A stretch of DNA of 64,000 nt, from positions 52,020,001 through 52,084,000 of the forward strand of contig NC_045697.1 of NCBI RefSeq assembly GCF_009834535.1, in the 5' to 3' direction. Position 1 is the stretch's first letter, and each line of letters opens with the position of its first letter. A program made the translations under genes and the position numbers. Shown here in pieces: positions 50,551-64,000 of the stretch. Origin of the DNA: Camelus ferus (Eukaryota). Under the pieces are notes generated by a model, which saw nothing but the letters and a program-made list of their open reading frames with translations, made no database searches and was not told the origin of the DNA.

Positions 50551-53500
50551 CTCTCTGCCCACTCTGAGCTGTTAGTCTCTTAAAGGCTCTTTCAGGCAGA
50601 CTGAAGACAAATTCCACTGTACTTCTATAATGTATGAGTATCTGTGGCTTCCTCATCTCAGTTTATCTAAATTGTAAAACTTTCATGTTTTCTACCTTTT
50701 GTAAATTTATTAAAAGTCTTCAATAACTCAAAGGCTTTATCCTGTTTTTACCATACGTTTATTTTTCAATGTGTTTTCAAAATGATTACATGAATGTATA
50801 GAATGGCACTGATTTTTATATAGGCAATTAACAAATGACTACCTTAAAAAGTTGAATAGTTTCTCTACTGCCTATATTTGCTTCTCTAGAAATCATATGC
50901 TGTGAAAAAAAAAAGACTTTTCAAAATCTATTCATCATTTTTCTTATAATATTGAAGATATATCCAAAATATAAAAGCTTATGATAAAAACAGATACTCA
51001 GGTCTTTTTATTGACTTTAATGGGAAAGTCTTTATTTTAGTATATTCAGAAGGCTAAATTTTGCTTTGAGATGGTACTTTTATCATGTAAAGTATGTCAC
51101 TTCTATTCCACCTACTTTTTTTTTTTTAACAAATGTATGTTGAATATTCCCTAACATTCTTAACAGGCTCTGTTGGGATTTTTAAATATATTTTTCTCCT
51201 TTAAATGTATTTATTTGATTTATATTTATTTTTATGTATCTCCTAATTTTGATTCCTTGAATCAACACAATTTGTGAATTTTAATATGTCGCTGTTTTTA
51301 CATTCTGATTGAAATAAACTCACACACACAATGTTTGAATAACACAAAGAACATTACCCAAATTCTACAATTGTTACCATTTACTGTATACATTCTCTCT
51401 TTCCACTATGGTAACTTTTAAATTTCATCATTCCTTTTACAATTTTTAGTTTATATTCTACCATTTGTTTACTTATTTATTATCAGTATAAACTGATGGA
51501 TTTTTATTTTATTTAATGGGTTTTAATTCATTATTATCATTTTTTATTTTCGACCCTTTAATTAACTGTCCCAGCTTTGGCCAGTGTGGGCCACTTCAAG
51601 CTATCTCTTCTGTCCTGTTTAAAGGTACCAAGGTTTTGAGCACTGTTATTTTGTGGCACACAACACTCCAAATATATAACAATGACAGGCATATTTTTTT
51701 TGGAAAAATCACTACATTCAAATCAAGACAAATGCCTCTTTGGATGAGAAACACAGAGCAATAAATTGAAGCTGATGTCAAAGCCTTGATGGACCCGAGT
51801 CATAAAACCAGTGGAGGCAGATGTGAGTACGTATAGCAGAAGAGAGACCATCGCAGGGGTCAGATGAGGTGTCGCTTCATGAATGTAAGGACTGTGGCAA
51901 AATTCCCCCACCCATATAATAAGCTGAAAGTGTCTGATACCTACTCAGGATTGAACTGTGTATAATCTGCCAGAAGGAAATAAAGATAACTTGGATCAGG
52001 GCTGGGCAAAATGCCAGCTGATTCATTCAGTTGCTGGATCTAGAAAATAACTGTGGGATGGGAGAGCAGAGCCACTAATATAAGACCTGCTTCTAGACCC
52101 AGGCCTCAGAGGCATGGTGACAACAGCCTCAGAACTGCCAGGCAGGGGAGGGTGAACACAAAGTGAAATAGATGAGTGGACAACTTCCCCGTCAAGACCA
52201 AACTATAGTTCTAAATCATATAAAGAAATCCGATGATAAGGCAACAGAATAAATAGTTGGAGCTAACAAAGTTAAAGTCATAGAAAATAAAAATGACTAA
52301 GTATGCCTCAGATTTGCAGAGATCAATGTGGAATATTGGGTTTTTCCTTCAAAAACTTGTTCCAAAGAGATAAAAAGTTTGGATAAATGAGATTAAAAAG
52401 AAAACCAGAGCAACCCAGCTTGGCAGGAGCTCATCTGTGGGTTTACTGGAGTGTTAGTACAGAGGCAGGCAGGCAGGAATTTGGCTCCTAGAGGGCAAAG
52501 GGGACCAGAATAGTACAGGAGAGAATGGTGGGCCAGAGATAGGATCACTACTTATAGCTAGAGCTAGCAAGCCCCAGGCTATGTCAAAGAAGACTGAAAA
52601 ATCTCTGCACCTACTAACTGAGGCTAGACAGGCAGACAGCAGCCTCCTTTCTAGGAACGGAGCCAAGCCACCTGCTGTCTCTACAACTGCATTTGTCAGA
52701 GCCCCAAATCCCCACAGAGCCAGAACGCTCAGCCATGATTATCTGGCCTGGTTGTGTCCTATATAGAGGAATTTACTAATCAGTATCCTAGTAGGACATT
52801 GTATTTAATATTTTTAGTTAATTGATTGATCAAGCAGTAATCAATTAGTTATGTCATGCAAGCAAAGACAAATGACCTTCAGGCAGATAAATAAGGCTTG
52901 CTGAACTGGCATTCCCTGGGGGAAATCTCAGGAAGACAAGGATCCATGGCAGGCTTGCATGGCCCCCATTGCCCGTCACAAGATGCAGCACAGAGCAATC
53001 TGGCAGGGCCAGACATCAGGCTTCAGCAGAGGGATCCTGATGATTGGGCCATGGGGCTTTAGGCTGGCTCATTAACAAAACTAATCATTCCTCTGGTGTT
53101 ATCATAGGTTGTGATGTAACCTATATAATGTGAGAAAATGTGGATCCAGCTGTTCCTCCTGCCAGCCCCACATATACAACTAGAAGCATAATCATCCCAC
53201 CCCTGGTGTGACCAGGGGCCAGCATCCAAGACTAGCAGATACTGCTATATGTGATGGGAACAAGTTGCAGGATTTGCACGCTGGTGCTCATGGCTAAGTA
53301 TGCGCTGGCCTCCTTCCTCTGGGCACTGTCAGAGCTGGGTCCCCATCTTCTGATTAGCCAGGATCTGTTGGCTTAAGCAACTGGATTTACTTGGTTTATG
53401 AGAGCTTGGTAAGAGGCATAATCCTTCTCTAGTAGGCCAGCTGAAGGGAATCAGGCTTGGAAAATTTGACCCTTACTTCTTAGAAAGGATAGAGAAAATT

Positions 53501-54049
53501 TGAACAATGCCATTTATAAGTTTGAGCTAATGAACATCTGTAAAATGCTATACTTCAAAGAATCAGAATATATGCAGTATTTTTTAAAACATAGGAAATG
53601 TTTTCTAAACGGCCAGGTTTTAAAATATTACATGCAACTCATTTTCTGCTCAAGTGCCACTTACTTTAGAATTCAGTAACAAAACAATGACTTTAAAAAA
53701 ATGACTTCAGACATTTTGAAAATATCCTTATAAAATATGAAAGTTAAATCAAAATGAAAAAGTGAATTTGGAAGGAAAATGAAACAAATGGACTTAGGTT
53801 TAGTTGACAGCATAATCAGAGAGAAATATCTCAAGTTAGTTCAAAACTGTTTATCTCCAGTGTGTTGTATCTTGTGGACAAGGAAATCTGCAAGAAAATC
53901 TTCAGTTGTGTTTGCTAATCATATTGTTAAAAACAAAACTGGTGCTGTTCGTCTAAAAATATTTTGTGTGCGTGCGTGTGTGTTTGTGTGTGCATTCTAA
54001 AAGAGGAGCTTTTCCTAGCCAAAGATGAGACAATTAAATATCAAAAAGA

Positions 54050-54620
54050 ATAATAGCGGTATGAATACTTTGGAAAACTGTTAAGCAATATGTACTATAA
54101 ATGAAACATATACACTTTGCTATACTATATTTATGTGTGTGTAATATCTTCTCTCTATATATATCTCCTATAACTCAGAAATTCCACTCCTAGGTATGCC
54201 TCCAATGAGTAAATATGTTCATCAACATTGTCCATGGTAGTGTTATTCTTATAGCCAAAACCTGATGATAACCCTATACTCCCCAGCACAGAATGGATAA
54301 CTAAAAAGTGGCATATTTATACATGGAATATAACACAAAAACAAGAATGAACAAAGTATTACTACATGGAGCAACAGAGACGAACTTCCCCAAATTAATG
54401 TGGAATGAAGGAAAACAAGTACAAAAAGGTACATACTATATGAAGTCACTTTTATCGATATAAAAAACTGGTCAAAAGTTAGCCACAGTGTTAGAATTCA
54501 GGACAGGTTGCCCTTGGAACACTCCTGGATGTAAGAAAGTGGTGCTGCTTTAAGTTATTTATTCATGATTTGCAGACGTATATACAGATGTTAATTTTCA
54601 GTGTAAAATATACATTAAAA
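54050..54620 (+). mobile_element. L1ME 3' region
   Basis: actttggaaaactgtt, cagaaattccactcctaggtat, tatagccaaaacctg, catactatatgaagtcacttt. Confidence 0.65.
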
Positions 54621-54729
54621 ATGAATCAGAACTTTTGCTACCAGGTAAAATGAAGTAGCTCACAGCCGAGCCGCTCTTTCACCAAACTCAACTAGAAAAA
54701 AAAAAAAAAAAGAACTGCAGTGAATTGTA

Positions 54730-56935
54730 GCGCATCAGGTACGTTAAAATTCACAAATTCATAATGGCATTTATTTTTTTAAGTTTTATGTTCACCTTTG
54801 GAGATGCTAAGGAATCAAATTATTATTCTGAAATTTATAAATAAAAGGAAAATATTAAGTATTTATGCTGCCTTTCCTACACAAATTATACCTTAGGGTA
54901 ACTGAATAGTTAATGACAGAAAGTTCACCTTTATAGAAATATCCCAGCTAATAAGAAGTTACAGAATTAGAATGTAAAAAGTGGCTAGAAGTGCTAGAAA
55001 GTACTAAAAGTACTAGAATTAGGATATTACCATTTTGTAAGATCTAACAAAATATAGGACCTACATAATGATGGTTAGTGGCAGCTAAAACCATGGAAGG
55101 GCAGATGAAAGACATTACAGTGACTAGATCACCCTGAAAATACCTGAATTCCTTGATCAGTTTTGACATTTTAAAAAGAGATAATCATATATTATACACC
55201 TCCTGACATGATGCAATACGAAATACACACCACTATGGTTGATGTTCTCTGAAGAAAATCAAACCTTATATATAAAGCCTCAAGATCTAAGTTTATGGGA
55301 AATACAGACACAGAGGAACATGACATGAGCAAAATTCAGAATACGGGAAAATACACTGGCCAGATGACTAGTTTCTTCCATAAATAAGTTGAAAAGAAGA
55401 AAAAGGGAAGGGAACATATAGATTAAGAGATATAATAGTCACATCCACCAAATGCAGCATGTGACCTATGTTTGAATATTGATTCAAACAAGCCAATTGG
55501 TAAGAAAAAATGTGAGACAATAGGGAAGATTTGAGCACTATTTGATAATATTAAGATACTTTGAGGAATCTCCATACTGTTTTCCACAGTGGCTGCACCA
55601 AACTGCATTCCCACCAGCAGTGTAGGAGGGTTCCCTTTTGACCACAGCCTCTCCAGAATTTGTCATTTGTGGACTTTTGAATGATGGCCATTCTGACAGG
55701 TGTGATGTGATAACCTCATCGTAGTTTTGATTTGCATTTCTCTGATGATTAGTGATACTGAGCATTTTTTCATGTGCCTATTGATCACTTGTATTTCTTC
55801 CTTGGAGAATTGCTTGTTTAGGTCTTCTGCCCATTTTTGGATTGGGTTGTTTGTTTTTTTTCTCATTAAGTTGTATGAGCTGCTTATATATTCTGGAGAT
55901 CAAGCCTTTGTTGGTTTCATCGTTTGCAAAACTTTTTTCCCATTCCATAAGTTGTCTTTTTGTTTTACTTATGGTTTCCTGAAAACAGTATGGAGATTCC
56001 TCAAAAGACTAGGAATAGACTTACCATATGACCCAGTAATCCCACTCCTGGGCATATATCCAGAAGGAACCCTACTTCAAAAAGACACCTGCACCCCAAT
56101 GTTCACAGCAGCACTATTTACAATAGCCAAGACATGGAAACAGCCTAAATGCCCATCAACAGATGACTGGTAAAGAAGATGTGGTATATTTATACAATGG
56201 AATACTATTCAGCCATAAAAAATGACAATATAATACCATTTGCAGCAACATGGATGTCCCTGGAGAATGGCATTGTAAGTGAAGTAAGCCAGAAAGAGAA
56301 AGAAAAATACCATATGAGATTGCTCATATGTGGAATCTAAAAAAAAAAAAAAAAAAAAAGAACATAAGAACAAAATAGAAACAGACTCCTAGACATAGAA
56401 TACAAACTTGTGGTTGCCAAGGGGGAGGGGGTGGGAAGGGACAGAATGGGATTTCAAAATTTGTAGATACTGACAGGCATGTGCAGAATAGATAAACAAG
56501 ATTATATTGTATAGCACAGGGAAATATATACAAGATCTTGTGGTAGCTTACAGCGAAAAAAATGTGACAATGAATATATGTATGTTCATGTATAACTGAA
56601 AAATTGTGCACTACACTGGAATTTGACACAACACTGTAAAATGACTATAACTCAATAAAAAATTTTTAAAAGATACCTTGATTAAATTTTAGCTGTGATA
56701 ATGGCATTGTGATTATGTTATTTAAAAAAAAAAGTCTTATCTTTTGAACTTCATATTGAGGTATTTAATAAAGGTATAATTTGAAATCTTAGATACGCTT
56801 CAAAATAATCCAGTGGAAGGGAAGTAGTGAGCAGGGATATTTGAAATATGATTAACAAGACTGATAATTATTGAAGCTGAGTGATTGTCCATGGGGATTC
56901 ATTATACTATTCTCCTATTTTATGTATATTGAAAA
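54730..56935 (+). mobile_element. Old L1MC4/L1MC5-like 3' UTR, interrupted by a young inverted L1
   Basis: cctcctgacatgatgcaat, agctgtgataatggcattgtgattatg, attgaagctgagtgat..ggggattcattatactattctc; split at 55553-56681. Confidence 0.65.
55560..56669 (+). mobile_element. Young L1 with 5' inversion (antisense 55560-55980, sense 55981-56669)
   Basis: Antisense ORF2 peptide (ORF 55663-55866) joined to sense ORF2 C-terminus ([37 protein letters not shown]) and 3' UTR; TSD aagatactttga (55553-55564) / aagataccttga (56670-56681). Confidence 0.93.
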
Positions 56936-56939
56936 GATG

Positions 56940-58010
56940 CAACTAAATAAACCACACCACTAAATAAATCTTACGAGAACTACAAATGTTTAGAACTGAA
57001 TGATAAAAACACATCATTTATAAACTAATGAGATGCCTTAAAGCACCAAAGGAACAAATTATTACTTTTCATTCACATATCAAAAAAGGAAAGCAAGTAA
57101 TTTGAAGATAAATCTCTAAAATATATGAATAAAGAAACTACAGATAAAAGCAAGAATCTGTTACAACAGAAAGCAAAAATACAATGAAGACATTCAATAA
57201 ACACACAAAAAATAAAAAATATTAATAAAATTGGCAAACATTTAGAAAAATTAATCAAGAAAAATATTTGAATTGAGACAGCACACAAAACTAGAGCTAC
57301 AACAGAAATAAAGAAAGAATAATCAGGTTTTTTGCCTCTTTGACTAAAAAATCAGACAATTTAAACTCCTTCTTTGCTGAATGGTGTAAAAAATGCTTCC
57401 TCTCCAAATATTAATGAGACTGCAAGCAATTAACAGGCTAAAATCTCAGGAGAAGATAGAATCAGAGAGGCAAACATGGCTCCAGGCTTTGTTTACCCTG
57501 ACTCTATCTGCACATCCAGGAGAGACTGCTGTAAAATTGAGCTGCAGTGTGTCAGCCTCAGAAGGACTGGGGGAATCTTCAAAGACCACTGTCAACTTAA
57601 ATGGAAGACCTTGATAAGCCATCAGGCATTTTATCCAGGTGATAATGAACCGAAAGTAAAACAGCCTTCGTAAGGACTTTTAGCCCACTTGTCATTGAGT
57701 GGTCCAAGGAACCTCAAGCCTAAGACGTTATTTAAAGTGGATATGGTGGATATGGATATGTAGCATCTCCAGTACCTGGCGATGGCCAATAAAAATTGCA
57801 TCAGTCACTGAAGAGTATACATTCTTTTCAACATAAAAGGAACTTTATATAAAAATTGACTATAAACAGGACAGAAGGAAAGGTTAACAAATTTAAAATG
57901 GTGAAATCAATGTAAGATATTCACAATACAGGGAAATAGATGTGCAAGATATGGGAACTCTGTACTCTGCAACTTTTTGGAAATCAAAACTGTTCTAAAA
58001 TAAGTTTAGA
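56940..58010 (+). mobile_element. Highly decayed L1M fragments
   Basis: ttagaactgaatgataaaaacac, aataaaattggcaaacatttag, atgggaactctgtactctgcaactttt..aaactgttctaaaataa. Confidence 0.5.
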
Positions 58011-59029
58011 TAGATATAGAGTGTACATTCATAGACCTAAGAGATAAATCAATAGCAATAAAAATGTAAGAAAATTCAGAACATTTTCCCTGTCGAATTG
58101 AATTCTAGAAAAATTTAAGCTAAAAATTATATGGTATGGAAAACTTACTAATAAATTTACAAGCAAGTTATGAGTACTATAAGGTCAAAAGAGCACAATT
58201 TTAAACGCATAAACTTCTGGTGGCTCCAAAGATACAAGTTACATGAAGAAGAACTGGAAGTAGTCAGATCAGCCTGGGAAAAAGTGAATCTTCTCTTCTA
58301 ACTGTAGTTTGTAGAGAAGACAAAAATAATTCCCAAGTGCATTTACATTTACAGTATTTACTACTCATTACTTAGAATATATATATATTTTGGGGGAACA
58401 AAATCTATAAAAACAAGAGGGAAATTTTGCATGGTAAAACTATGGGAAGTCATATTGTTAGTATATATAGTTTAATATTCAATTTTAATATTCAACAAAA
58501 ACAGTAGGAAAGATTATATATCCCAAGTCTAATAACGTGTAAAGTACACATAAGGGCCATAGTATCAATCGATCCATCAGATCAGAGGTTAGGAATATGA
58601 TTAATGTACCAGAGGCACTGACATTCATAGGTCTTGTAAGTCACAACCCCAAAAAAGATAGTCAGCCTTCTCTTTATAGTCACAGTTAAGGGCAGGGCAC
58701 ATTTAAAAAACAGTCAACAGTCTGCCAAGCTGAACTGTCATCACTGTGGATGGCCTGGTAACTCAAGAGTGTCAAAGGAGTACAGGGTCTGTGTATTACC
58801 CAGAGGCTGGTTTGTATCTTCAGTCCCCTCTACTTCCAATTACACCATGGGTCTCATGTAGGTAAGTAGGTGGATGAATGGAATGAAGGAAGGGAGGCAG
58901 ATAGATACAGAAAACATATCATTCCTGTACATATGTTTGCTTTTAATATTTTTCATTTACTTAAAATATTCCAGAATGCCTCAAAAATAAGTACACCTTT
59001 GTTATTTGTTATTTGTTATATTTGTTATA

Positions 59030-59705
59030 TTTGTTATTCATTGACTACATTCAACAAAGATTTTGGCTTTTTTCAGTTTGTTTTGGGCACTCACTGTTTT
59101 ATAGGAATTGCTTTAAGTTCTGGGGGATAAAAGGGTGAAAAACACCCTTCCTCTCTTGGCTTACATTCTAGTCACAGAAACAGACAATAAACCAAAAAAC
59201 AAATATATACAGGAAATCTGTATTATGTTAGATGTTGATAACATAACATAGTACTCATGGAGAGAAAAACAGCAAAGAAAGTGAATTTGGAGAAGGAGAG
59301 GTATGGAAAAAGTGCTCTGGGCCTGTATAAATATCTTCAAGAGGGAACAGCTAGGCCAATGTGGCTTGAATGGAGTAATAGGAAATAAACTCAGAGCGGA
59401 GGTCAGCACATGTAGAACCTTATAAGTCATTGAGAGACTGGAGTAGGACATGATTTGACTCATTTTACACGCTGGCTGCTGAGCTAGGGAAGGGCAGAAG
59501 GGGCATCCTCCACTGAGGAGGTGGTTGCAGTGATACGTAAGAGATATGATGGTGGCTGGAACCAAGGTGGCAGCAGAAGTGAGAAATGGTCAGATTCTGG
59601 ACATTTTGGAGGTTGACTCTGTAGAATCTGCTGAGTAATTGAGCTTATAAGGGAAAGAGTAGGGCCTAATTGGCCTGAACTACTAGAAGAAATGGACTGC
59701 CGTAG
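59030..59705 (-). mobile_element. LINE-2 (L2a-like) 3' fragment
   Basis: cattcaacaaa tail, ggcttacattctagt..agacaataaac, gacatgatttgactcatttt, gagaaatggtcagattctggacattttggagg. This explains ORF 59161-59565. Confidence 0.85.
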
Positions 59706-62234
59706 ACTAGAATTTTTTAAAAGACCAAAAATAGATATTTAAGAACAGAACATTAACAAGGAGCAACTGAGAGCCATCCTTTTCCACACAATTAACTGTT
59801 GCTCTCTTTCCAATCCCATTATTCTTAACAAATGACAGGGCACCTGTTAAGTAAATGGTATTTCTAAACTGATCACACCCTCATCAGTTACAGAACTGTA
59901 TGGGAAGTGAATTTTGAAAGATTCAATCTAGAGATCTTTAGAAGACCAGCAAGAGTCGTTAATTTGGAAATCTTACTATGATTCTCAGCAGAGTTCACTT
60001 TGCTTCCTAAGTCAACTGATAACAACATGTTGAAAATATGAAGCTTATTGGCAAGTACAGCCAGGCCACTTCTCTTCATTTTGTAAATTTTTATATTCCA
60101 ACAGAGAATTGTCTGATCTGAGTCATCAATTAATACGACCTGTGTGGATGAGTTAATTTCAATTTCCAAAAGTACGTCTGGGAGGTTTTGACATAATTCT
60201 GTAAACTTTCTACTTTGTATAAAAAACCTAATCTGAAATTTTCATATCCATTGACAGATACCTAAAAGATTATAATTTTATGTATTCTATAAGGTTTCAC
60301 TAATTTAATATACAAATTTCATCAAGAATTTACTGAAGCTGTAGAAAGAATAAGTTTATGAGAGAATGCTATCTTCTGATTGTGGTATCTGAATCATGAT
60401 ACATAGAAAATTAGATAATAGCACTGCAGACATAAATACTTGCAGAAATTTTCATTTTGGCCCAATTATTTGGCTAATAAAATGGAAGGTTTCCAAGTTC
60501 TATTAAGATATCACTGCAGAGAAATTATCTTTTCTTAACTGCCTTTGGCTAAAGCTTTCTAATTTTTTTCTGTGCTTAGTTCCCTGCCGCTCACCTTCTT
60601 GTAGCATAGTAAGAACATGTTATAGCCTTTTCAAGAGCCTTCAGTTGTTCACTGTTCTAGACATTCTGTCTTTGATTCTCCAGATCGTCTGTCCAACCTC
60701 TTTACCCATCCTACACCCCTAGGCTGAGTATGGACTATCCACGATGGGTATCCTGTTGAGATTAGTCCACAGAAGAGACCCCTGAGGACCCTATATCCCC
60801 ATGTATGATACTTAGTCACTCTTTACTGTTCATCATTTTTCTCTTGACTCTACACACTAGATGTAAAGTAATCCTTAAAGACAGGATGCATCTACTTCAT
60901 CTGAATATCCCCCAAACTCCTGCTAATATTTTACAAATAAGAGGTATGAAATAAATATGTATCCTATTCATTCAATTAAAAAAAGAACCTATTTGAAAAA
61001 TCTTATAAGCTTTTCTGATGTTTAAAAATGAGAGAAGAGAAAGGTGCTTCTAGCCTTCAAAGATTTTAAAGTCCTTGTTGGTGATGCCTTACTACTCCCA
61101 TGAGTTTATTCCCAAGCCCATCTGGGGTCAACAGCTGAAATTCCACTGAGCTGACATCCTGCTCCAACCAGGGTATACTGGAAACCCCTTGCACATGTGG
61201 AAGCCACAGCCAATAAAGATTGGGTAGCCACAGGATTCTGAGGTAACCTAGGAATTCTGATGTATGTACATGATGTCTAAACAGGTGTTGCCTTACTGGG
61301 TGTGGAGCTAAAAGCCCCAAACCCCAAACCTCTGGTTAGTAAGAGTCTGTCTGTGCTTGAATGAATGAATGAATGAAAGGTTATGCACCTATGCTGAGAA
61401 TGGGAGCTGAGGGAAATATTGAGCTGTGAATGATTGCAGATTGAGGGTGGTTGGGGATGCAGGAAGAGTAAGTTGACCAATGGTTTTAGGTCAGGTAGAG
61501 CCAAGTCTTACCATACATGTCATGGATCAATAATTTCTATATGAGTAATTGTCAGGAATATATAAAATGATAGTTCTGAAAGGGCTATGTAAACTATGAA
61601 AAAAAAATGGAGAACCAAAAGCAAATGTTATAATAATGATGATCATTCCTTAAATTTCTCATGCCATTCTCCCCACCAAGAACCACTGAATAAAGGATAA
61701 TGGAGAGTAAGAAAAACAAAATCATAAGTAATGCTGTGTTTGTGGGGAGGCAGAGGTGGCACTGTGGTGGGGTAGAGGGGCTGGAGTATGGGGTGGTATT
61801 CACTCCTCATTTGTATATTCCCAGAGTGCCAGCACTCTTACAGGCACATTAATTCAAAGATGGAAAAGATATCACAGGTCTTCAAGGACAGCTGTTTTCA
61901 GTGGACATACTTTAGGATCATCTATGCAAGGTGAGTTGAACATTTGTAGCTTGGCATCCCTTTACAGCTCTAATCAAACAGCTATGATATAAATAGATAG
62001 AAAGATAAATAAGTAGGTGGATCAGCAGATAGATATGTATTATATGATACTTAGTTTTAGATATATTGGTCAGTAGGTAGATCCATACATATCATATATA
62101 TTCTATGTATGTTTATATGTATTTATAATATATAGAGTAACTTTATAGATTATTTGATAAAGCAATTCTGCCAATAAAAACGTATCTGAAAATCCTTGCT
62201 CCAAAATTCCTATTTTACACATGGAGAAGAGATT

Positions 62235-62398
62235 GAACACAATCACCTTAGATTTTAGAGCAAACAAATCCCTGGAAAGAAAGCCCAGCCATTGTGATTC
62301 AGAGTGTTTGTGGTGAAACGTATGAATCTGTATTTTAAGTGCTCCAGACGATTCAGGGAGCACAGCTACAGAAACGGACCATCACTTAAGAACATAAG
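62235..62398. mobile_element. MER5-like hAT MITE remnant
   Basis: aatcacct..ttgtgattcagagtg..gaatctgtattttaagtgctccagacgattc..ggaccatcacttaagaac. Confidence 0.5.
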
Positions 62399-62499
62399 AC
62401 TAGCAACCAAAGAGATTAAAGTTTAAATTCTGTTCCACAATTTTTGAGTTGTATGACCTTCAACAATTGATTATTCCCTTTAAGCATCAGACACCCCAC

Positions 62500-62925
62500 T
62501 TGAAAAGGAGAGTAAGAATACTGACCTGTCAATGAAGAATAAATGGGGAAGTATATTATGAGAATCTAAAATGATTTCAAGTATGTTACAGGTAATCAGT
62601 AGAGGAAATTGGAGATGATTAAACCTCAGTTTGAACAGGGGCAACGATGATGAAGATATGTGGAAGGGTCTACAGAAGTTGGGAGATGGAGGCAACAGAA
62701 ACTGTTGACTGACTAGATGAAGAGCATGAGAGAGAAGGGGAGGGGGAAAGCAAAGTTGAATGGCTGGTTATTCACTGAGATGGAACATATGCTGGAACAT
62801 GAGAGGACTCGTGCAAGTGGGAGGTACCTGTAGGATGTTCACGGGAAGATATAAGGGCGGCAGTTACATACATGGGTGTACTGTCTCTAATAGAGAAAAG
62901 GGATAAAAACTTTTCTGTCAGCAAA
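62500..62925 (-). mobile_element. LINE-2 fragments
   Basis: gactgactagatgaagagcatgagagagaaggg, tattcactgagatgg, gaggtacctgtaggatgttc. Confidence 0.55.
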
Positions 62926-62949
62926 TAAGAGGACCTGGAAATTGTGGCA

Positions 62950-63440
62950 GATGATAAAGACTGGCTCATTCAGCTTAATTTCACCACCCCTGCAGTGTAT
63001 CTTCAGCTAGAGGCTGGAAATCTGAAGACACATTTCACAAATCCCTTTGCCGTTCAGTTTCAACACATGACCTAGATTCCACTGAACAAATGTATCCTCA
63101 TAAAGTCTGGAAGCAAAATTCAGCCTGATGAGGGAAAGACTCACTTTTGTTCTTTCTGCTGGCAAGCCCAAATTTGAGTGTATTGGGTTTTTGTGTTGCA
63201 GTTGTAACAGAAGTCCCAGGTTCTAGTCCTTAGCTTAATGTATGTCAAGAGTTAGGGCATGGGGCATTCTCTATGCTGGCAAAGATTATGCAGAGGTCAT
63301 GTGACCCTGTAGTCACCATCTGTAGTATTGGTTTCCTGTTTTCCTTGCTTGCTAATCTTGGTGGAGGTAGTAGCTCTCTTGATGAACCAATTATATCATG
63401 TTCTGAGAATCATTGCCACAAGCTCAACCTGTAACTCAAT
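62950..63440 (+). mobile_element. Old ERVL-type LTR (LTR67B/LTR50-like)
   Basis: gaggctggaaatctgaagacacatttcacaaatccctttgc..catgacctagattccac resembles an ERVL LTR 5' motif; family uncertain. Confidence 0.4.
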
Positions 63441-63442
63441 TC

Positions 63443-63655
63443 TCTAGGCCAATAGAATATTCTGTCATGAGGAAAATGTTCTATAAATCTGTTGTCAAAT
63501 ATGGTAGCCACTAGCCATATGTGACTACGGACCACTTGAAATATGGTTAGCTCAACTAAGGATCTGAATTATTACTTCTATTTAATTTAAATTAATTTAA
63601 ATGTAAAACTTAAATAGCCACATGCAGTTAGTGGCTACCATGGTGGACAGCACAG
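63443..63655. mobile_element. MER3-like hAT-Charlie MITE
   Basis: ccaatagaatattctg..aatatggtagccactagccatatgtg..cacttgaaatatgg..tagccacatgcagttagtggctaccatggtggacagcacag, with an internal inverted repeat. Confidence 0.85.
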
Positions 63656-64000
63656 CTCTAGACCATCCAATGATTTTGTAAGCAACCAATTCCTTAGGTT
63701 TCTGTTATCTGTAATTAATGATTGATTAATATATGAAAGCTCACAGTTCCCCAAGGTAAATGCATAGAGCAAGAAAAGTTGTAAAATAATGCCAAAGGTA
63801 AACCTTGGAAAGGATGGCCAGAGAAGGAAATAAATGAAAATAGGAAACAAAGATACAAGAGAATTGGTGCTATATTAACCAACAGAGGAGTCTTTTAAGG
63901 AAAAGGAAGTCATCGGTAGAGAAAAAAGTAGAGCATCCATCATATAGTGGGTAAGCAGTTGGTCGTGGAGGACCCACACTGCATCCTTGGAATGAGTCTT

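Noticed and set aside
51780..53450. Possible ERVL/Gypsy internal remnants (DTYSG and CIICQ peptides near 51935-51980)
   Set aside because: The motifs occur in the wrong order for integrase and in different frames; not supportable without a profile search.
58998..59040. Short tandem (TATTTGTTA)-like repeat, plus similar micro-duplications near 34250, 54985 and 57740 and (TAGA)-like 61990-62060
   Set aside because: Ordinary slippage repeats with no spacer structure; not CRISPR-like and not evidently functional.

Overview
This is AT-rich, CpG-poor placental-mammal DNA, with no host protein-coding exon, RNA gene or CpG island that I can support. The young L1 3' tails, together with the absence of recognisable Alu, Bov-A/CHR, PRE1, Can or ERE SINEs, suggest a camelid or a related artiodactyl (inference from recalled repeat consensuses). 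The window is a repeat mosaic of old L1M, L2, L3, MIR, hAT-Charlie, Tigger and ERVL elements plus lineage-specific L1s, several with readable target-site duplications (TSDs). The main structure is a nested ERV1 complex at about 12.7-23.6 kb. An older MER41-like provirus there is interrupted by two solo LTRs and by a related 7.3-kb two-LTR provirus (15249-22574, minus strand). That inner provirus has a tRNA-Arg PBS and decayed gag/pro/RT/IN/env, and its 3' LTR has lost its polyA signal. Every LTR element between 10 and 23.6 kb points the same way. A clear twin-primed (5'-inverted) L1 lies at 55.56-56.67 kb. The ORFs I can assign are transposon remnants, and the rest look like chance ORFs. I found no intact novel gene system; repeat subfamily names are recognised by eye and need RepeatMasker/Dfam confirmation.
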